This document shows, piece after piece, positions 1 to 12,844 of a DNA stretch of 64,000 bases. The position numbers and the translations under genes are program-made. The notes beneath the pieces are model-generated. The model was not told the DNA's origin and did no database searches. It saw only the letters and a program-made list of their open reading frames with translations. How positions within the stretch are numbered: position 1 is the stretch's first letter; each line of letters begins with the position of its first letter. The stretch is from Camelus dromedarius (Eukaryota), in NCBI RefSeq assembly GCF_036321535.1, contig NC_087437.1, forward strand, positions 54,190,001-54,254,000, written 5' to 3'.

Positions 1-249
1 TTTTCATACTTCCCCCGCAAATTTTTATTCTTCTCCATTGTAACTAATACTAACCCCCCCGATCACCTTGCACACACGAAAATGGTTTTCCTTTTTTTTT
101 TTTTTTTTTTGCAAAAATTAAGAGCTACCTCCTTCTTGTGTATCTTCCCATCTGCCAGTCAGTCTATATTCTAACACCTGGTCCATACTTTTCCTTAACA
201 ATTACCTCAAGCTTTTCTAATTTCCCTGTTGTAGATCATTCTTCTCTGT

Positions 250-343
250 TAAGTCATAAGCTCTTTGAGAACTGGGAGCATCTTTGTATTCCTGTTTCCA
301 AGGCCAGATAAGCTGCTCAGTTGTTCATTGAATAAATTAATGG
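250..343 (+). mobile_element. L2 LINE 3' end fragment
   Basis: AAGCTCTTTGAGAACTGGGA...GTTGTTCATTGAATAAATTAATG resembles the L2 3' terminus. Confidence 0.55.
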
Positions 344-2859
344 AAGACGAGCTACTTCATCTGGAGCCAGATTGAGCCCTAGAAGCCCATCAGAGTGGTG
401 ATACTTATCCGTGGCCCCCATTTCATCCTTTATGAGGAATCAGAAAAGGTCAGAGAAAGTTCAGATCTGCCTTGGCTGCACTGGATCTCCTGGCTTATAT
501 CTTTATGACTATAAACTCATCCATGAGCACTCACAGATAGCCGGAGTACACAGAGGGACCCTCTCCAGGCTTAGGGGATGGAGTAAAAGAGCAAGAAGCC
601 AACTTCTACACTATGGGTTGCTAGTCTCAGCACGAGGGCATCCCCGTACCAACCTTCACTGGCTTTGGGCAGGAACCTGGGTCTGTTCTCTGTGCATCAG
701 TGTTGGTCAACCTAGCCACTGGGACAGGATCTGGGCAACAGACAGGCACCAGGGATGGTACCTGAAGCACTTTTGGATCGAGTGGAAGACTGGGTGGCCT
801 CTTTGCTCAGAAGCTTAGAGGAGGAGGATGGGGAGATAATACAAAAAGCCATCTGACTTCTGTCCAGCAGTATAGGCAGGAGAGCAAAGGAGAAGCTTGT
901 CAAATGGTAATAAAAGATGAGGTGGCATGGGGATGGGGGAGTGGGAGGAAATCTTCATGGACAGAAGATGGAAGAATTCTGGACTGAGGGTACAGGAATG
1001 AGAGAAATGAGAGACTGAGAACAAATAAACATGGAAAGGAAGGGAACAAGGGAGGGAAGGAAGGAGGGAAGGAAGGTTAAAATGCTAAAAAGAGAAAGAT
1101 GCAGATGTCCAGAGAAGACATCTAAACTAGGTTGGGAGTGAGAGAAAAACACAAGAAGGAAGAGGGCTGCAGTGGAGGAGTGTGGGGACACACGAGTCAC
1201 AGACAACTCAGTGCCTACTGCTCAGCTCAGGAAAGTGTCTTTTGTGAGCCTGGCACGGGGAAGATCTGTACAGAGAGGGAAATGTGCTGACTCCTGCCCA
1301 GGGCCTGTCGGAGGATAGAAACAGATCAATTAGCCTGGGTGGGGCTCTCCTGTGCCAGGCCTGGCACTGCCAGTTCTCAGTGCCCGGCCAGGCCAGGCCA
1401 AGGACTCTCACATGATTATTAAGCTATTAAAAGGCCATCAGCTGCAGGGCAGAATCAGCCTCTTACGCTGAGAAAAACCCTTTTCCTGTGTTGGCGTCAC
1501 CTCCGCTGGTCCAGCTACCACCTCTCAGCCTGGCCCAGCCCCTCCCTGACCCAGTAAGACGGCTCCCTGGGCCTGGGGAAACCAATCATTGAGAATCTGA
1601 ACAGGCTTCGAGGACCCTCCAGGTGGCCAGCACAGCCTGGAACATCCAATTGGTGGAGTGATCCTGGGGTCTGTTTGTGGGTGGAGGAGGAGGTGTCTGG
1701 AGCAGAATGTTCCCATCAATCTTGGGTCACTGGGTGCACATTATAGGGAGAAAGATTTCAGTGCCAGGAAGGACTTTGAAATCAAAGCTGGACTCATTAA
1801 TTTTTATATTCATGATTTTTGCAACAAGTTTTGAGCATCTGCAATGGGTGGGGCACTGTGCTAGAGGCTGAAAAGATCAGTAAACACATCCACTGCCCTC
1901 AGGGTGAGAACAAGGGCAACTTTTCTTCCCAACATAACAGAAGGAAGGTGTGCTCTGAGTGTGTCAGGATCACGGAAGGTGACTGATTCTGTTTCGAGAA
2001 CGAGCGAGGTTTCCAGGAAGGGCACACTGGACCACAGTCATAAAGGCTGAGTTCGATCCACCAGGCAGAGAAAGTCGAGGGATCCTAGACCAAGAAAAGC
2101 ACAGGTAGAAGCGGGAAGGTGTGGCAGGGCAGGGGCTCCCCTCAGGGATGAACCGGGTCTTAGTAGGTGCCCAGGACTACCTGGAGATAAAGGGGAAATG
2201 GAGGTGGGTCCAGATGAGAACAGGTAAATACAAAGGTGCAGAAACACCCCACGGTTTAGTCAGAAGGGAGCTTAGAGATGATGGAAGTCATCTCTGTCAC
2301 TGGACATTTATTTTAAAATTTTGTATGTGAGTGTGCATGTGTGAAGCTGACTTCATTGAAGAGTATCCAGGGTTGGACACAGAGGAAGGGGATGAGAGCC
2401 ACTCAGATCATTTCAAAGTAAATCTATTATTCTTCTCCTAGGAGGCCTGCTAGGATGTTTTTACTGGCTGCTTTACCTGGTGTGGTGCCCCGGCCCCACC
2501 CTCCTGCCATCTCAGTGGTTTTCCCTGCCTCCCCTCCCATCTCAAGTCCTCATCCAGCCCTCCAGACGGCCCCCAGGCACAGAAAATTCTCTCTGCTGGT
2601 CTTCTTTAGGTAATGGTAAGGAATCATAGAACAAAAGTGCCTCCTGTTTACCCAGACCCTCCTTCCTTAGAAGACAGGTGTTAGTTCATATTTGAAAAGT
2701 TCTAAAAAGCCCCCCAAAGTAAAAAATTACCCTTGGGCAGTTCTTTTAAAAAATTATGTAACGAACTTAGTTTCTTCCTTCAGTCTGTTAGCATTTATCA
2801 GTCAAGCTATCTTCCCAAGTTAAAGCAAATATATCTCCCTCTACATATATATATACGTG

Positions 2860-3300
2860 TACACTCACACACGTATTTATAGAAGAGAAATTATGCCTTA
2901 CATATTGATCTGTTTTTTAATTTAAAAAAATGTTGTAAAAAAATTTCCAACTCCATACCTCATATGCTGTCTAGTCCGTAGACTAGATAGACCACGAGTT
3001 CTCTACTATTTTTCTGTTAAAAGACGTTTATGATGATTTAACCTGTTTATTTTTATAAATAATGCTGCCGCAAACACCCCTGCCCACACATCCTGATGTG
3101 CTCTGGCTTTGAGCCCTATAGGATGGATTCCTAGAGGTTAGGTTGTTGAACACACACCAAAAAGCACATTTAAAATCTTACTAGGAATTAACCTCATTCC
3201 CTTTGGAAAGGGTTGCTATGGTTTACGCTCCTACAGACAGTTGAATGGGCTGCTCCTTCCATACTCACCCCCCAGCACTGGAACTTCCTCCTCATTTGCC
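2860..3300 (-). mobile_element. Old L1 (L1ME-like) fragment
   Basis: Degenerate antisense L1 motifs such as ATAAATAATGCTGC and ATTCCTAGAGGTTAGGTTGTTG; boundaries approximate. Confidence 0.55.
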
Positions 3301-4499
3301 AGATGAGGAAATGGCTGGGGGAGAATTAGCAGTTCAAGTAACACACACCTAGTTATTGGCAATGCTGGCACCGAGATTTCAGATCTGATGTCAATATACA
3401 ATGAGATAACGCCTGCAAAATATTAAGCAGAGAGAGCCTGGTATCATGTAAATGCTCAATAAATGTTGGTCCTTGCTGTTGTTAAAACACACTGCCACAG
3501 AAGGGACCTGTCAGAAGCTTTAACAGCTGGCTCAGCATGGAAGATGAATTGGAGAGGAGAGAGAAGAGAAGCGAAGAGGTTCAGGTAGCTCCTCCCAGGC
3601 TGGGCCCCTCCTCTTCAAAACATTACCTTTAATTAGTTGATTCATTGTGCCCCATAATAGCGTCCCCAAAGGACAAGCAGATGAGAAGGTGTGTTCTCTG
3701 ATATCAGAGACTGATGACCCCTAGGCTTGGATGCTGCAGTCACCCTCAAATACCAAAAGAAGAAGTCTGAAGTGATAAACTTTCCAGTTTGAGACTCTCT
3801 TACTCTAGTAGTTGTTTAGTGCCTGAAACTTACCAGAGAGAAAAGAGGTAGCTATTACATCATAAATTATTGCATGATTTTTTTTTAATGAGTCTCCTCA
3901 TTTAGAAGGTAAACTCTTTCAAGTAGAGATGGTATCTTAATCTTATCTTCTCTGCCACCATGACAACTAGTGTGCTGAGGAGCACCCGGGAGGCACTCAG
4001 AACACGCAAAGTGGGGGAAAGCGAAGAGACTGGTTTTGAGTGTGCCTTAAGGAAACCAGTCTCTTTGCTTTAGAGCCATGCCTCATAGATGTTGGTTGAC
4101 TGAATCACCAAGTGGCTATTTATCTAAAAGTCAATTTCATCTTTGCAAAGTAATGAACATACCCTCAGAACGATGCTAGCCTCTCTCCTGTACACCTTCA
4201 CGGAGGCATGCCCCCCATTCTTCAGCTGCAAGTTGTGGGTCTGGATAGGCCAAAGAGGAGTGTCTGGGGAAATGGGATTGCAGAAGGTAGCAGCCACTGG
4301 AAGAATTTGGCCCCAAAGCCGAGGACTCCTCAATCAATATGCATGACTTTCAGAATTCCTATTTTAATCAGCGAAACGGAAATGAAATTTCAATGTAGCT
4401 TTTAGTTAAAAAAAAAAAACAAATTACAAGTGGTATATGATTTTCATGCATACCATTTCCTCTGAAATTCTTTTTAAGAATTGAAGAAAATAACTATAT

Positions 4500-4690
4500 A
4501 ACATACTGGAAAGAACACTAGCCTAGGCATCCAGAGATTTAATTTCATTCCCTAAATTTATCACCTAGTAGCTGTGTGATCAAAAGCAGTCAGTTCCCCC
4601 ACCTTACCTCATTTCACTCATATATAGAATGAGTAGGTTGATGATATGTAAGCTTCCCTTGAGCCCCAATAATAAATGAGCCTGTAATTC
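4500..4690 (+). mobile_element. MIR-family SINE fragment
   Basis: GGAAAGAACACTAGCCTAGG...TAGCTGTGTGAT...CCTCATTTCACTCATATATAGAATGAG matches MIR head and core. Confidence 0.55.
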
Positions 4691-4708
4691 CCTGATTAGT
4701 ACTGATGA

Positions 4709-4734
4709 TCCATCCATCCATCCATCCATCCATC
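4709..4734. repeat. (CCAT)n microsatellite
   Basis: Tandem CCAT units seen directly. Confidence 0.9.
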
Positions 4735-5834
4735 CTTTCCACAAATATTTGTTGAATTCCTACTTATGCTGTGTTCATATGATTTGAGCCCTTCTGCTTT
4801 GGGTTGATACATTGATGGCATCATGACCCTTCCAAGCAGCCAGATACAACATTTTGGGTAAATTTTGACCCCTCACCCTCTTCACCTTCAACCAGTCCCT
4901 GATATTTGTTCTTTCTCTGTGTCTATCTCTGGGCCATGCTACCCGTTCCATGTCTGCTTCACTGTTCTTCCTGCCTCACTAGCTTTCACTTCAACTTGTG
5001 AAAACTTTGTAAGTGGTCTCCCAGCCTCAATAATCTTCCTTCTCAGTCCACTATGCACACTCTGCCCAAAGTTATCTCCAATCTTTCATTTTAATCAATA
5101 TTTTTGAAGGTTTGTTGTGCATGGACCACTGCACCCCAGCCCTTAAGGAGCTCACCATCCAGAAAGGAAGGCAGACAAAAATGAAAGGATAAGTGCAATC
5201 CAGTGTGGAACTGCAGTGGTGGAGGATCTAACACTGCTCTGTGTTAGATTTCTTCCTCTCCTCTCACAAAAGCTTCCTCCTTAGTTATTCCCCCTTCCAT
5301 GCACCTCACAGCACTGTTTTTCATGCCTCACTCATCATATCTTTTACAGTTCATTCTCCACTTACCTCTCTTCTTGACCAGACTGTGAGCTCCTCAGTGA
5401 CAGGGATCTAATCAACTGAAGCCAGACTTCCATGTCAGAAACTTTGGGGGACTCCTTTTTGCCCTGAGGTAGAAGTCCAAACCTTCAGATTGGGCATTTA
5501 AATAAGAATTTGAGTCTAACTGTCTTTCCAATGAACATTGCTAATTGGCCCACATTCAATCCCACTTCAATCCCAAACCCTCGTTTATTCTTTCCAGGAA
5601 TTTTTGCAGAGAATCAGATCCACCCACTCAGAATTAATTTTCACCTGCTCCCAAACACTTCTTATAGTGACTTCTCTAACACATCTGTGTTTGTCCTCTG
5701 CAGAGGCTTTATGAGCCTGTCTCCTTCCTTTGTTATGAGCTCCTAGGGAGAAGTGCCCATGTCCCTTGGGTTTTGGGATCCTTTACAGCACAGAGCCTAC
5801 CTAGTGCCTGGTACTTTGTCTGCCTCTGCCCTGA

Positions 5835-6000
5835 GTAGCTGTCACATGCCAGGTACTGCACAGGCGCTGTGACGTTTTATCCTCACAGCAGACCAGGAAA
5901 CTGGGCTCAGGAAGAGGCCAAGTAACTGCTCAAGGTACCGGCAGGTACACCATGCAGTTTAGGTTTGAATACAGGTTCCTCCTGACCAGGCTACACTGCT
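5835..6000 (-). mobile_element. MIR SINE fragment
   Basis: GGAAACTGGGCTCAG...AAGTAACTGCTCAAGGT...GGTTTGAATACAGG, antisense MIR core. Confidence 0.6.
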
Positions 6001-6522
6001 TCCCTACAGGGGGCCACCAAAATGTGGAATGGTTTTGTAGCCATTTGGAGAATAGGCTGAAGATACACTCAACAAGATTTCCTGACAGCTAGGGAGCTTT
6101 CTAAAGCTTTTCTGAATGAGCTGGCATCTGATCCTGCCCTTGAAGACTGAACAGGAATTTGACAAAGAAAAAAAGCTAGGAGTATTCTTATAAGAGGGAA
6201 AAATTTAGTCTAACTCCCTGATACAATGGATAAAAGGTGTTTTTGGAGAGAACACTTACTGATTCACTTCCCCAGCCAGACTGTAAGCAATTGAGGAAAG
6301 GAAAGGTTTTAGTCTGGCTCAGGGCTGTGTCTCTACTGCTCACGGCAGTCTAATACAGAGCACATGTTGAGTAAATATTTTGATGAATTAATCTACTCCA
6401 TAAATACTATCTCAGCATTTCTTATGTTCATATAATTTTAAACTCACACTCAGCCCAGAAGGCTGAACACCCTGACTGCCTTTGTCAAGGCTTTAAAAGC
6501 CCAAACCCAAACTTTCAGCCCT

Positions 6523-6734
6523 GAAAGTGAAACCTCCAGTCCCTCGAAAGTTTCACTGACCAACCCAGTTTCACTAACTGGCTGAGTAAAAAAAGTAAAC
6601 ATTAAACCAACAGAACAAGCTATGAAAAATCAAATAAGAAAAAAAAACCTTTCAGTTCCAAGAAACTTAGGTATTTTCAGTAATGCGCCTCCTGCAGGGA
6701 AGCCTGAGGGCCTAGACGGTGTCAGTTTCACTTC
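6523..6734. promoter_or_regulatory. Cluster of IRF/ISRE-like motifs (putative enhancer)
   Basis: GAAAGTGAAAC 6523-6533; AGTTTCACT at 6549, 6567 and 6724. Confidence 0.4.
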
Positions 6735-7285
6735 AGGTAGAGAGCTTTGACCTTCTGTCTCCTAAGGACAGAGGAACAGCACTCCCCGGCCCAGCAGCCG
6801 TGCCAGGGGCCTGGGTCTGAAGCCGCAAAGGGAACTGAGGTAGCATCGGCGAGCTGCCCCTCACGTTGTATTAGGTTGTTTCATGTCACCTTGCTCTGTA
6901 TTAGAATAAGCTGGAAGCTGGCCTGTCAGTGTGCATATTCAGATCACAACATTTATTGAATCAGGGAGTCAGAAAATGGCTCAAAGCAGAGATGGTGAGC
7001 GGGGAATTTAGCATGATGACATAGAAAGTGCATTCAACTCGGGGCAGGAGGACAGGTCTGTTCCTTCTCCACCACAGATGAGCTGGGGACCCTGAGCAGT
7101 CACTTCTCTTCTCTGGGCCTCACCTTCTCCTTTCAGTTTTGACATATTGGCAGGTCCTCATTATGGTAGGAGGGGAAAAAATGCATGAAAGCAGCTATGG
7201 ATGTTTTTAAAAAGGAGACATTCATGGAAAGCTGTCTATGTGCACGGGAATCTGGGAACCGGAGGGCTTTCCTTTTATTCTAACC

Positions 7286-7508
7286 CAGGACTTCCCAACC
7301 TTGGCACAGTTAACAATGGTGGCCAGATAGTTCTTTGTTAGAGAGGGCTGTTCTATATGTTGTGGGATGATTTGCAACATCTCTGATCGCTACCTACTAG
7401 ATGCCAGTAGCATCTGCTTCCCTCTCCCCAGCTGTGACAACACAAAATGTCTCAGACATTGCCAATTGTTCCCTAGGGGCAAAAGTCACCCCCAGCTGAG
7501 AACCATAA
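7286..7508 (-). mobile_element. MER20 (hAT-Charlie) MITE, near full length
   Basis: CTAGATGCCAGTAGCA...TGTGACAACACAAAATGTCTCAGACATTGCCAA...CCCCCAGCTGAGAACCA matches reverse MER20. Confidence 0.85.
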
Positions 7509-10500
7509 CCCCTGAGTTGCATTCCCCACTGAATATGACAGATTCCTTAGAACAAGGTAGCTGAGGATGGACTTGGGAGTCTCCCTTGACTCCTAAGGAC
7601 CTGGGGATGGGGCATCCCAAAAGTTAGAAGTGCATGGGGTCTGGAGGTGGGAAACTGGCATTGGAGTCCCTGCATTATCTGGCTTTTTGGCCTTCCCCAT
7701 CCTGCTGACCTTGCTAAACCTGAGTCCCATGAATCCAAAGGAGGTTGTTCCCGTCCTCCACGCATCTTTCTCCCGTTCTTGCAGCTCCACACACACCACC
7801 AAAACGTTGCTAGGAGGACCCAGCAAAAGTGATGGATGTGAAAGACACTGTGAGCCAAAAGGTCAAATATGTGTTATTACTCCAAAGATTTTTTTTCTAA
7901 GAAAGCACAGAAAAGGAACTTGATTCTTGGATAATTTTTCTGTGAAGAGCAAAAACAGTGACAGTGTAGGTCCCACCGCAGCAATAACGAGAGCAAACAA
8001 TGGAGAATGTGCCCAGGGAATACTGCCACAGTCCCAGCTCCTAGACTCCATTCCCACTGGGCCATTCGTTAGATAGCATTTTTCCAGTAAAAATTAGAGG
8101 CTTCCTCAAAGAAGATGTCATGGTATTAGGCAAAGGCAAGAATGTTCTGTTAGCTGTTCACATACCTAGAAGTAAACTGGGCCCTGTGCTGACTCTTCAG
8201 CAAGACTAACGCCCTGGAAGGTGCTTCCGTGACTTACTGACATCTGAGATCTTCAGAACTAAGAGAGGCTTCTCATGCTGGTTGGTTCCTCAGAGTGGGA
8301 GTCAATGGGCTCTTTCATCACAGCGGGGCCTGGACTAGATGGTCCTCCTCGTGCCTCAGGCCCAGCCCAGGCCTTGAACTGTAGTCTCCAGCAGCAGGAA
8401 ATTTCACACCCAGGGTAACATCCCAACCAGCAGACTAGGCACCAGGTCAACGGGCCGGTGACAGTCCAGAGAAGCTCAATTAATTCAGAAATAACCTAGA
8501 ATTTCAAATCAGAAACCTCTCAGGTCCAAGGGACAGGTTCAAGTTAGAAAGGATTATGTAACTCACACTCGTAACTGCTCTTATGCATGGACCTCTAAGT
8601 CATCCTCTGGGTAGTATAGAAAGGTGTCTAAGGGTGCGCACTTCTGAGCCCTGAGTGTGTATCTTGGCTCTCCTCCTTGTTAGCTGCGTGACCCTGAGCC
8701 CCCAGGAGCTACTTGGTAAGTGTTAGCTGTACTGTTTCATGTGTTACTTGATGCTCACAGCAACGCCCGAGGTCAGTGGTGTGATCGTCTTGCTGCTGAT
8801 GTGGAATCTAAAGTTCAGAAAAGTATATCCCCACACAGCACCCTCACACCCCTTCACCCTCCTCTGCCTCTTAAGTCACTCTTTCCTCTACCTCTGCTAT
8901 CTAACTGCCATCTGTCCCTCGAGCCTGTTCAAATGCCAGCTCCTCTACAAATTCTGCCTTCAGAGTTAATCTTGGCATCCTCCAGGCTCCAAAGCGTTTT
9001 GTTGGCATCTCTATTACACCATGGCATTCATGTGGGCCATGGTAGGCAAGAAGAAGGACCAAGATAAGGACATGACACATGGCAGGCTGTGACAAAGATC
9101 AGAGAGAGAGGCACAGGTGAAGAACTCAGGAGGATCAAAGGAAGGAAGGGTTCCACCCTGCAGCATTTATTCCCTGCTTCTCCCATCTACCAGTCATCGT
9201 ACGTCATGGTACCTTTTAAAGCTCTCCCCATTTTCTGGTTCCAATCAAAGCCAACTCCCTGTACTCTCTCTCCCTTCTGAAATGGAGCATTTTAGCGGGC
9301 GGGCGGAACGGAATCACCTCCACATCCCCCACAGCACATGGCCAAAGGTTGCAAGCACTGAAAAACGCATAAGGCTCTGAACTGAGAGGAGCTTGCTGAC
9401 AGTGGGTGAGGGTGCTGGATGACGACGGAGATGACAGTGATAACAGGGAGGTTAACTGAACCGAAACCCAGCCGTCACGAAGGGTGATGTACGCACGACG
9501 TTTCACTATGACTGGCTGGACAACAAGAGATCCACGAATCAGACCTAGAAACACAGCCCACTCACTGGCAAACTGAGAAGAAACTGGAAAATGGAAAAGG
9601 CATATGGGCGGGGACTATCTTATCAGCCTGAGCCTGACCTATAGATTAATGTAGCGGTGGTGTATGGAAATGCTGCTTCCTCTGATTGTTTAAAACATGT
9701 AACTTTCAGAATCATTGGAAACAACTTTATTTATTGTTATTGTTCGTTGAGGAAGATACAGAAAATGTGCAAAAGTATAGACAAGAGAAACAATCTCATC
9801 ATAGCAAGTTGGGTTCTATTAAATTTCATTGCGGTTCCCTTATTCTACCTGTCTGATTTTATTAAGTTGACACCATGCTGATTCTGCATATCACAAAATG
9901 TTTTAAATTTATTTTTTGAATAAGTAACACATGCATAAGGTACAATATTTAAAAGACAAAAGAGAGCAGTCCAATGCTTATCTCTGTACATTTTAAGATG
10001 AATTAATAGCCCTTAATCCTTTAAGGTTCTCAGGAACTGAAAATTATCTATAAGATCAAAATATGTCCCTATTGTAATATGTCTGTGCTGATAAAAGATA
10101 CAATTATACCACCTGGATGCCAGTTACATAATCAGAATTAGATTCTGCAACTCTTCCTAAAGAGCGTTCCTAACTGACAAAGGTAGTTAGTTGGAGGTAC
10201 TCAGCCGGGATACTCTCCCTGAACAGGTCTCTGTCCCGGAGATTTCCCTGACGTGCTCCCAGTGCACCACAGTAGTTCAAAAAGCTCCAAACTTGAAGTC
10301 AGAGTCTGTGCATCTGGATTGCCGTGACTAAGACATTAACCTCGGGCCCATGTCCCTGAAGGCAGGCTCCTCCTTCTTCCAAGAACTGACCTGGCAAGGA
10401 CGTCCTCATCTTGTTCTGCCCTCCAGTGACTGCTGGGCTAAGAGGTGTGGGAAGAGTGGGTGGGGAAATTCTAGTTCCAATGAAACAGGTTTTAAAAAGT

Positions 10501-10564
10501 CATTTCCATAAAATCAAGCTCAAAATACAGAAAGCCATTCTATACTTACCCAAACTCTGTTCTC

Positions 10565-11515
10565 TTTTTTTTTTAAATTCAAGTATGGTTGATTTATAAT
10601 GTTGTGTTAGTTTCTGATGTACACCAATGGTGATTCAGTTATATACACATATATATGTATATGTAAATACATATTTTTTCATTGTAGATTATTACAAGGT
10701 ATTGAATACAGTTCCCTGTGCTATACAGTAGGACCTTGTTGATTATCTATTTTGTTTATAGTAATTTGTATCTGCTAATCCCAAACTCCTAATTTATCCC
10801 TCCACCCTTCCCTTTACCCTTTGGTAATCATAAATTTGTTTTCTATATTTATGAGTCTGTTTCTGTTTTGTAAATAAGTTCATTTGTATCATTTTTTAAA
10901 ATATTTTTTAAAGTTTTTTTTGGAGGTGGGTAGATGGAGATAATTAGGTTTATTTTTTAGAGGAGGTACTGGAGATTGAACCCAGGACCTTGTGCATGCT
11001 AAGCATGCTCTCTAGAACTTTGAGCTATACCCTCCCCCCTTGTATCTTTCTTTTTTTTTTTAACATTTCACATATAAGTGATATCATATGATATTTGTCT
11101 TTCTTGTACTTTTTCTTTAATTTGACTTACTTCACCTAGTATGATAATCTCTCAGTCCATCCATGTTGCTGCAAGTAACATTATTTCATTCTTTTTTATG
11201 GTTGGGTAGTATTCCATTGCATATATACGTATACCACATCTTTATCCATTTGTCTGTCGATGAGCATTTAGGTTGTTTTCATGTCTTGGCTATTGTAAGT
11301 AGCGCTGCTATGAACATTGGAGTGAATCTATCTTTTGAAATTAGAGTTTTCTCTGGGTTACATGCCCAGGAGTGAGATTGCTGGATCATATGATAAGCCT
11401 ATTTTTAGTTTTTTAAGGAAGCTCCACACTGTTCTCCATAGTGGCTGCACCAAACTACATTCCCACCAGTAGTATAGGAGGGTTCCCTCTTCTCCACACC
11501 CTCTTCAGCACTTAT
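10565..11515 (-). mobile_element. 5'-truncated L1 (cetartiodactyl-type 3' UTR and ORF2 end), interrupted by a SINE
   Basis: T-rich tail, GTTCCCTGTGCTATACAGTAGGACCTTGTT, CCATGTTGCTGCAA, GATTGCTGGATCATATG, CATTCCCACCAGTAGTATAGGAGGGTTCCC. Confidence 0.9.
10891..11039 (-). mobile_element. Camelid tRNA-derived SINE (vic-1-like) inserted in L1
   Basis: Reverse of GGGAGGGTATAGCTCA...CATGCTTAGCATGCACAAGGTCCTGGGTTCAATC; TSD TTGTATC at 10884-10890 and 11040-11046. Confidence 0.9.
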
Positions 11516-12302
11516 TGCCAGACTCTGTCCTCTTCAAACTCACCTACATACAAAGAAGAGGAGTTGTGGCCCAGGGTTTTCCTTGAGATCTGTTGCCACG
11601 TGCTGCCCCCATGGGCTTATATTTTGACAAATCCTTCCACTCTGAGTGTGCATCAGCCACCACCTTATTGTGGATTTTCTCTCCTGTAGGCAGTTTCACA
11701 AGTTTTCCAGGAATCTGTTACGATTTGGAGGTTGACTTACCAGAGGAGTGGATTTCCCTCTCTGCTCTCCCTCCTCGCCTCCCAGAATCCATCTGAGAGA
11801 ACTACAGAGGCATCTTGGATTCACAACACCCCCCGCCAGCCCCTCACTGAACAACACCTCCTCTGGCAACAGGAGATGCTTGGTTACATTTGAATAGAGC
11901 GCCCACGTCAACTCCAGTTGTCCCTGAATTGGAACTGATGGGCCTCACATGCTGCAGCCAACAGTTTACCGTCAACCACTCCCCTCTCTGAAATGAACCT
12001 TTCTCTGGCAAAACAAGAAACCTCCATGCCATCCTGGGTGATAGATGGACAGGAGCTGTGTCCCAGCATCGCATCCCTGGCATGCCAGGTGACAGCGGCC
12101 TCAGAAGGGCTCCCGACAGCAAAGCACGCTTCAAGCTTCTCTGGAGAGACCCTCTGAACCACAGGACACAGATGCTGTCTCCAGAAGACCGGAGCCTCTG
12201 TGTTCCTTTCAGCTCATGGGTGTCGAGTTCTCCCTGTGTGCGGTACAAGGCATCAAGCGACCGTCCCCTTCAGCCAGCCTCCATTCTGACTTAGTGAGTC
12301 AC

Positions 12303-12790
12303 TGCAGCAGGTAGAATAATGGCTCCTGAAGACATCCACGTCCTAATCCCCAGAACATGTGAATATGTTATATTAAATGCTGAGGGCCAATTAAGATTGC
12401 TGCTGGAATTAAACTTGCTAATCAGCCTTCCTTAAAAAATAGGGATATTGAGGGAAGGGTGTAGCTCAGTAGTAGAGTGTGTGCTTAGCATGCAGGAGAT
12501 CCTGGGTTCAATCCTCAGTACCTCCGGTAAAAGAGAAAAATAAAAATATTAAAAAAAAAATTAGGATATGATCCTGGACTAATTATGTGGCCACAATGTA
12601 ATCACAAAGGTCCTCAAACAAGGAAGTGGGAGGCACAAAAGTCAGAACCAGTGTGGAAGCACCATGAGGAAGGCTTGACCTGCCGTGGCTGGCTTTGAAG
12701 ATGTAGGAAGTGGCCACAGACTGAGGGATGTGAGCAGTCTAAAATCTGGAAAAGGCAAGAAACTGCTTTATCATAACCTGCCCAGAACTG
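12303..12790 (+). mobile_element. MaLR LTR (MLT1D-like), interrupted by a SINE
   Basis: GTAGAATAATGGCTCC...ATCCACGTCCTAATCCCCAGAAC...GCTGGCTTTGAAGATG...CTGGAAAAGGCAAGAAA. Confidence 0.8.
12450..12560 (+). mobile_element. Camelid tRNA-derived SINE (vic-1-like)
   Basis: A-box TAGCTCAGTAG, B-box GGTTCAATCC, A-rich tail; imperfect TSD AAAAATAGGGATAT / AAAATTAGGATAT. Confidence 0.9.
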
Positions 12791-12844
12791 TAAGCCCCTT
12801 GAGGGTAGGGATCTGTCTTGCTGCTTGCCATGTCCTTGCATGAG

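Noticed and set aside
1352..1367. 16-bp perfect palindrome GTGCCAGGCCTGGCAC
   Set aside because: About one is expected by chance in 64 kb
1616..1630. CTCF-like CCTCCAGGTGGCCA
   Set aside because: Single imperfect match that cannot be supported without a PWM scan or ChIP data
8231..8240. Isolated strong minus-strand donors (GTAAGT near 8237, 10548 and 57579)
   Set aside because: No convincing paired acceptor or reading frame; the hexamer is frequent by chance
12450..12526. tRNA-like sequences with A and B boxes (also 10965-11039, 41713-41789, 49578-49645)
   Set aside because: They have A-rich tails, TSDs and scattered mismatches, so they are SINE heads rather than tRNA genes
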